Below, piece by piece: positions 61,401 to 64,000 of a stretch of DNA of 64,000 nt. This DNA is from a virus (Duplodnaviria; Caudoviricetes), in IMG/VR virus record IMGVR_UViG_3300020349_000003, one strand, 5' to 3'. The notes beneath the pieces are model-generated. The model saw nothing but the letters and a program-made list of their open reading frames with translations, was not told where the DNA came from and searched no databases. Position 1 is the stretch's first letter. Each line of letters starts with the position of its first letter. Both the position numbers and the translations under genes were made by a program.

Positions 61401-64000
61401 ACTTCATTAGCACTTGATACTCTTGTGTCAAAAATATCAATAGTTCCACTTAATGAAGAAGAATCAGGACGTATATAAAATTCAAAAGTAAAGTCACCAG
61501 TACCAAAAGCAATCTCATTAGTTGTTTGGCAGAAAATATAATCTGTTGTTCCAGCAGTTAATTGTAATGAAGCATTACCATACTTCTTCTGTGTAGTATC
61601 AATCTGAGCACTACCAGCAAAATCGAAATCAAAATAGTCTTCACCATTAGACTTAGTTCTACCAATCTTACCAAGATATACTGTATTACGTGCTTGGTTA
61701 AATCCAATAACTTCTGCTTTAGTATCTCTAGATCTTATAATTTGACCAGAACTAAAGAATCCAGTTCCTTCTCTATCATAGAAAGACATCTTTCTAACTT
61801 TACCATCTTCACCAGTTACAAACTCATTAGTGTTATTACCATAATCAATCTTATAATTACGGATTTCTTCATTAAGTTGTAATGTTCCAGTTAGATTATT
61901 GAATGGAATAATGTAATTATTAATCTGTTCATTAGATGGGAAGTTACCATTATATCCAGTTGTATTATCAGTAAAGTCAACTATACTTACTGCAGATGAT
62001 GCAATATCATCTAGAACAACGTTTGGATAAGTCTGAGATGTAATCCTATTGAATAGTAACCCAAAGAATGAAGAACCAGGAGAGATATCAACTTGCCCAA
62101 TAAACTCCTGAGTTACAGGATCTTGATAAGCAGATGTTGCAGTAATCTGTGCAATAACCCCAGACTGTGCTCCATAGATAACATCATTTAACTGAATATC
62201 AAATAATCCAGGAGAGGATGTATATGTACCTGCAGTCTTACTTAAAGTTAGTTGATCAGTAACCTCAATCTTAGTACTATAAAGTGGAGTATTGTCTTGC
62301 TGATTCTGAGCAGTTGTACCAAGAACATTTCTTACAACTGTAAGTGATGTTGATTCTGCATTATCTACAGTGCTTATAAGAGTAAAGATTTCAGATCCTA
62401 CCTGATAGTTAATATTTGGTGTAAAAGTACCTGTAGGTACTGGTTGGTTAGTTGATGCAGTTGGATCAATAACTTCAAATACAGTTGTTGAAGGACCGAT
62501 AGAATATCTCAACTTAGCAATAGGCATCTCTTGCCCAGTTTCTAAGTTAACTGATTCAATTTTTGCAGTATTACCTTCTAAGTTTGTTATATTTTCACCG
62601 AAAGTAAACAATCCAATACTTCCTACTGGAGTTATAGATGCTAAGTTTCCAGCAAATCCTGTTGCTACAACGTTACATAATTCACCAAGTACAAAACTAC
62701 CATCAGTTATAAAACCAGTAACTACTGTACCAACTACTTTCAATACTGTAAATCTAGCATCAGATGAACTACCTTTAATTACATTATTAAGACCAGGATA
62801 AATTCCACTAGCATTATTAAATACCATCTCATATCCTTGGATAGGTGCTATGGTAACAGAAGCATATTTAACACTTGCTGGTGGTTTTGGAGGCTCACTG
62901 AATACAATAGAGTCTTGTTGAATTGTAAATGCAGTCTCTGGGTTCTGTACAACACCGTTTAAAACAACCATTAACTGATTGGCATTAGCAACTACAGTAC
63001 CACCATTAACTGTTAATGGGAACGAAGTCTTAATACCATCAAACTGTTCTGATATATCATCAACTCTTTGTACAACAGAAGTTAGAATATTCTCGGAAGA
63101 TGTTAATCTCTTCTGTCTGAATAGTACTTCTGTATTATTAAACTCAGTATAAATTGGTTCAACTAGAGCAAAATTCTGAATATTTGGAACGATTGCTTCT
63201 TGTGCAAGTTCTACAGACTTAGTGAGTTCAAAGAATGTATCCTTATTAGGAATTTGTCCATACTCATTCAAGTTCAACTCACCAAACACCTTAAATGATG
63301 CAGGGTGAACGTTTCTAATTAGAATCTCTTTCCACTCACTAATAGAAACAGCAGACTTAACAGCATAAGAGAAGTCCTGATAGTAGTAAGAGTCTTGAAT
63401 CTTTTGAATAATTTCGGATGGTTTACCAACATCATCAATAAACTGACCTGTTGTCTTAGTGATAGAACCAATATCTAGAACACCACGAGCAAACTTAAGG
63501 TCGCTAATAGTACCAGAAGACTTGGATATAACACCAGTTATTTTTTGAAGTTCTGCAAATTCACCAGTATAGTCAACAATCTTAAGAATTCTAGGTCCAA
63601 TCTGCCAACCAAAGTTAATTGAAACATATCCTTGTGCTGTTGCTGTTTCTAAAGAGTCACCTTGATATACAAGTTCACCTTCAAGGAAAGTAGAAGTGAC
63701 AACGTTTGCAGTAGCAGCACCACCAAATGATTCAGTCAAGATACTTTGACGACCATCACCAGCGTTAACAAATGATAATGCATCACCCAATTCTGCGTTC
63801 TGTGGAGTAATAGCAATCTTTAATTGGTCATCTTCTAAAGAATTTGCTGCACCAGAAATAGCATAGTATGTGGTATTTGGATTAAGACGACCTGTTGCAC
63901 CAGCAGCTAGAGGATAGTCTGCACCATCTCCAGTATCAGTTACAGCAACACTAATTTCAGAACCACTAACAATACCATGTGGATAAGCAAACTGTAATAA
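49439..64000 (-). CDS. g7: Giant gp7-like baseplate wedge initiator / virion protein, 5'-truncated (>4,850 aa)
   Basis: The frame stays open from 64000 (LLQFAYPHG...) through 63790. It carries the gp7-type motif IQDSYYYQDFSY.VKS....W......VHPA.FKVFGE, a LamG-like domain (~61040-61630), helical repeats, 20 YPR domains and a jelly-roll-like domain (~51740-52345). Confidence 0.85.
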   Translation of the reverse strand, partial: LLQFAYPHGIVSGSEISVAVTDTGDGADYPLAAGATGRLNPNTTYYAISGAANSLEDDQLKIAITPQNAELGDALSFVNAGDGRQSILTESFGGAATANVVTSTFLEGELVYQGDSLETATAQGYVSINFGWQIGPRILKIVDYTGEFAELQKITGVISKSSGTISDLKFARGVLDIGSITKTTGQFIDDVGKPSEIIQKIQDSYYYQDFSYAVKSAVSISEWKEILIRNVHPASFKVFGELNLNEYGQIPNKDTFFELTKSVELAQEAIVPNIQNFALVEPIYTEFNNTEVLFRQKRLTSSENILTSVVQRVDDISEQFDGIKTSFPLTVNGGTVVANANQLMVVLNGVVQNPETAFTIQQDSIVFSEPPKPPASVKYASVTIAPIQGYEMVFNNASGIYPGLNNVIKGSSSDARFTVLKVVGTVVTGFITDGSFVLGELCNVVATGFAGNLASITPVGSIGLFTFGENITNLEGNTAKIESVNLETGQEMPIAKLRYSIGPSTTVFEVIDPTASTNQPVPTGTFTPNINYQVGSEIFTLISTVDNAESTSLTVVRNVLGTTAQNQQDNTPLYSTKIEVTDQLTLSKTAGTYTSSPGLFDIQLNDVIYGAQSGVIAQITATSAYQDPVTQEFIGQVDISPGSSFFGLLFNRITSQTYPNVVLDDIASSAVSIVDFTDNTTGYNGNFPSNEQINNYIIPFNNLTGTLQLNEEIRNYKIDYGNNTNEFVTGEDGKVRKMSFYDREGTGFFSSGQIIRSRDTKAEVIGFNQARNTVYLGKIGRTKSNGEDYFDFDFAGSAQIDTTQKKYGNASLQLTAGTTDYIFCQTTNEIAFGTGDFTFEFYIRPDSSSLSGTIDIFDTRVSSANEVAFRVYCESGQVRWNVNNADLVTSVGTTLSADTWAHVAYTRTGTTGKMYIDGVEVGTGTDNTTYVAKPLFIGVGYAFSTGYIGHIDEVRISDNIRYSTAFSPLAGIFQGDTNTKMLLHFDGKDGEQWVQDWSGSESFTKGEYFNNDAIISTVRYVGDHTFVPGTSNAALTFNDGTIKDVTAATYDGETGILVMTIGSHSFTTSNTVTIGANKLPFTCDKDNNATEHRYPRTSDPVHNTAIAITSVTGTTITVNVGRAVQKGFVGNTNRYYNAATLIESNLEFIAHEAVYLLEQKFPDFTVINGSANCQDDVKDICKSVAYDLRNGSNSKIWDAASYYVDRVDVNNVKLLNVEQEIVETVWTYGKLNQILRYIITNDAWDVQGHHGHKQKFDTSITESSGSAATKFTPTGAEYNASTGELKILKGSHGLFSNTSLSISGGGYNPVTGILTCTTSGAHNLTSTSKLQIEDEALTFTCSMDQNRSEHKYPRSSDHASQGWLDVTVVDSTTFSLDVGKTPDVIFNPTAATYSGSTGLLKMTIGEHRLRAGTNIKVATGSLPFRCTMDGLQDVKTYPRENDFIYQDSVPILYEGTSHTANAASYTPDSGLLTITVFNHGFAYGDKVRIVDESITFECLLDNNITQHRYPRSTDPSSGRLHKIVNVTTNTFDVNVGVSPDLSLHTFKSADPNGIIHKDNTITLDVGKTHNIAYDVSSANYTPVTGSLVITSSAPGSPGFGGHPNLMVGDSIRLRDGAFLFSCNMDGQSTDHAYPRLTDPARGTAVDVIDISEVDKTASDASYNPLTGMMTVTIGSQLNAPSTRNCTGAAYDPATGMLTITSSAHQVYNGNLVQLNDGAFIFRCGLDDETTDHYYPRSGDPARDQWLPAQNRTANTFDLFIGKSQDLSEHTCVGVTSNPCMKVSGEMVRFEEGAITFSCTKDGNATNHAYPRKTDPVFRRGWSVVEASTSTTFDVFVGRTVFGAYTHTFVSGVTNGVKVHNNAFTVNVGPSKFHGYTPSAATYDPATGIMDLTVGNHWIKDATNHTATDVNYIATTGVMTVTIPNHGFVIGDKIKVADNALSLTCSLDQHSSNHTYPRSTDPQSGKWMLISNVTDNTFDVNVGTSPQLDFNVSNATYDAVSGNLVITIGTHSLEVGTSIRLKDNSITFVCDYGGDGYSTQKSYPRSYGANTTDNEDYAYNTALNITAKDATTITVNVNQSPGTAISHSGTHNYHSSLTGAVITGGDYTHTFVSCVQNAITRAGDSVYIEQDSLTFRCDLDGQTTDKTYPRASGSNAPGGADYAYNTATAVQNVVTTSHTPTLAGYNPTTGMMTITMASHGLTAPTTKTAETGTAFNPATGELQITSTAHGFVTGDMVKIADNSLVFTCAEDGNATNHSYPRPSDFASGRFFPILRTSANSFNLTVGSAFGDQPISNNTTHVWVAATANGLIKANDKVRLDENAVTFTCAKDGDATNHAYPRRTDPSYFEWLPLDNVQTDTFDVFIGKSSDTSTHTFVSFVANSMKRPTGVITVDVGISSNTSTHAFQSASADAIKCGGQYTHVWKGGLTVDKAFTLGGDYTHEFVPGGEKFTITAAAFTPGTGSMTVTVPNHGFENGDMVKFDDGSITFRCLQDNYQTDHTYPRSTDPSSGTYLLVSSVTKDTFVVNVGTSSNTTTHQFQSAVANGLTRAVIRTGGAYTHTLTGAKGGCFTKKGKAISIDDHGLTMTCEYDDRGSNHKYPRTTDPSSKQVLPITKFDTNSFTVNVGPTSFNKNYKPYNPDSATYDPSTGLMQINLLAHDITTDDFVTIDNESLRFTCTMDNNQSIKSYPRPGHDVRTAGKEMAVTATDATSITVNVGTAGTNQTFTPSAATYDASTGDMTLTIGQHGMRKGSSIVIQNNTLQFTCDMDGNTATKTYPRATDPYGAEKSIPVTDVYYSSGTASNAAFVPSTGVMTITLTGHGLSNGDYIQLVDESLTFRCNLDGYTTDHKYPRATDPASGRWLAISNKTNDTFEVNVGISSDTSTHAFLSSTTNGVRAQNGMIKVNVGKSPIKGYNPSLAAGSTTAYNPNTGALTIDIGAHELSIGDGIKIAKQAFGFICAQDGGSTIHYYPRTSDWGYNKSHPITATTSTSVTIDVSNGAISNTTEHAFYTVYDKYTPTGITYSGWTGIMTVTTNVVHNMDAGEYVKFDDNSLTFTCTKDGNATEHRYPRATDPVSGKWLKVLSTGLTSYTFQVQVLDITPSTNVTTHTFVTGKTYATNCIKRAAVVTGGDYVHTYTGNASSNNVIYSPSSTHTFSSADPGAIKKVLTKHSFVSAVTDCVTVMDYSVADCVDVQATVENLIDIVTDTLESANATSPTDHLGLISKLTSDPENEFLGGRVYAFLEETFPISLHNATDDIIYATQIGGDNKYRFQDAADLVEANAGPIVDKASHDMLTLYPDLLLDMPRNADGSGNGTLQCKTDLALILSEFIKDLRQGGNFNTVNVAKRYLGANDVILHIRLQLFQSAYAHLRLAHYMKQAVTGNLTYENTDKIIVGDWGITQSTPMPFTATGAVYSPTSGSLEITIGSHSLIVGRYIQIENNSLTFSCDPGTGTANGTYPRPSGVAGTPDGKDYASGRNLKILAVTATTVTVNVNKEPDYPITNTAAHTFVSATANGIIAPGDCIDVQESIDSLVEIANDIIAPTNSDYAISADRLYFNRKSIGDEITTLVTNEFQFQLAEGGPLYNAFLYPEPGGVSTCARDIGLIMLGVISDLQTGGNNSTIAAMENYLSTAMQINFVEDELLATTYAIEQMKWLGEHAILNRLYTKDSNESPPAYNFNYTTIAAYRDSLLPIDMSPVVTRFRELVDLALNMLAPGKLAMRGAAKNLLYNQSYYKEEITTLVTQQFGASVWAYDDWLNTIVTNLVHDLITTDISDTTIGHNIKIENVTGAFQVGEMIFSERAAGGSAVVLEYKSEGSFLVVGNWYGTPWEANDKIEGTRSGVVANVQVGGVGYPYTWINKPANVRTIAFAKNIQSNIQGQVSAPNLFTNPEAIRSDWMPGYIVISDDFAQAPDGTQTAEKLIAYQSSGYHYTSRNYSLTSYDTWDDGTIKFDDTNNTFDEGGAATDDDNQQYTFSVFFKGDEFNKVRFGLVMDAGTVGQQDVFFDLDLASGTAGTLFQPQGGISGDAYGSVPYGNGWYRAYITTTISFGFSELRAQFLMYDATNSLSYLGDGASGMYMWGAKLSIGTIDPYTSQLGEVFYADTEYNVKTYALSALETYTSEAISDTLTSPSPAASYIKYFDSASASNYSNKTVTRCIRSNLDILKGQLGLDTFYTNITINNGITVPTYTYGTRNLPVGLGGGLNDSDYLYGLNSGAYAELENMTVNEGQIVQIYKRFRFDAVITDGPFWVGETIRKVSDNAVTGTVHSIWEDENYRYVDVIVNAGTFAALDVVESDRAQLPPTGQISVITDRIQIIDLKGTFSASVPFKAYTSGATATPTSFIRTEAAVLDNTGGTLTVDTETLQGSFETTSVVYPEVSRQYIEVSKFDGFDISVGDRIASAGYTRLGIAIISGLNEFTVGNRLYKVVGGIQDFDNYAIISEVDLDNNFLYIADFQGTPLTNGDLVGHYGVGNNFPVGYASVTTRVVTPGVGSALIQDIRDSGILKRVYLSDIKGTFVTKDAIISADNYKAIVVNKVALLARVKRAFKGFDGVQTTFKLTTGNGTQYLPDPAGHLLVFVNGILQPPGAANAYTAFSDSIEFTEPPELGASFTGFYVGKLRQLDDISFEFDSLRQSFNLKRNDVFYSLTLTDGVQSTTIRPENNIIVSLNGVIQEPGVGFELVGSRIIFSEIPRVGSTFVGFSYVGSEADVDAAEVIPPIEPGDFIDIQGETSDREVAVIESSNSLITFDYLGSVFGQNAQGQANLTSGFIDSVQVTSGGSGYTSRPNVRVDSISGFEGDINALVGVGGVVINNAGTGYNTPNIDVETSVPDDWTAPDLSLYGEELVDPEVLT
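54458..60195 (-). repeat. 18 recursively nested ~100-aa Cys/His/YPR domains
   Basis: Hand count of 18 opening segments (Y.P.TG.L/M.T...H), 18 core segments (F.C..D......YPR) and 18 closing segments (H.F.S), in balanced nested order. Confidence 0.85.

Noticed and set aside
637-61882. Numerous plus-strand ORFs of 60-180 aa in the track (e.g. 3272-3736, 13134-13655, 42766-43284, 58226-58765)
   Set aside because: They are antisense shadows of well-supported minus-strand genes and show no recognisable motifs.
63790-64000. Track start of the giant ORF at 63790
   Set aside because: The frame is open for 70 more codons to the window edge, so the true start lies outside the window.
1-64000. tRNAs, introns, inteins, homing endonucleases, transposases
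   Set aside because: None recognised: intergenic gaps are very short, and core enzymes (gp17, UvsW, gp46, gp47) have ordinary lengths.

Overview
64 kb of an AT-rich, T4-like marine cyanomyovirus genome (Kyanoviridae-like; a Prochlorococcus/Synechococcus host is inferred from pebS, purS, purM, ycf35 and gene order). Nearly all genes are on the minus strand. In transcription order (right to left): a giant 5'-truncated gp7-like baseplate wedge initiator (>4,850 aa), a gp9-like protein, a YHYH-domain virion protein, gp8, VrlC, a 2,196-aa tail fibre, gp13-gp16, a variable island of small genes, gp17-gp23, purM, DUF2997/ycf35, gp3, uvsY, uvsW, gp55, gp47, gp46, purS, an HEXXH+VWA protein and the 5' end of pebS. 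The most striking observation is in the giant gp7-like protein. Eighteen copies of a ~100-aa Cys/His/YPR domain are not tandem but recursively inserted into one another's loops. My hand parse balances like parentheses and reaches 7 levels deep, predicting a branched, tree-like virion appendage. A different module shows 4-deep nesting at the tail-fibre C-terminus. Other points: the essential tail sheath gene g18 has one in-frame TAA; there are candidate overprinted +1-frame ORFs in the tail fibre and g14; a palindromic back-to-back sigma70 promoter lies upstream of g55; and virion proteins carry cupredoxin-like His/Cys/His/Met motifs. All family assignments come from recalled motifs and synteny, not database searches.
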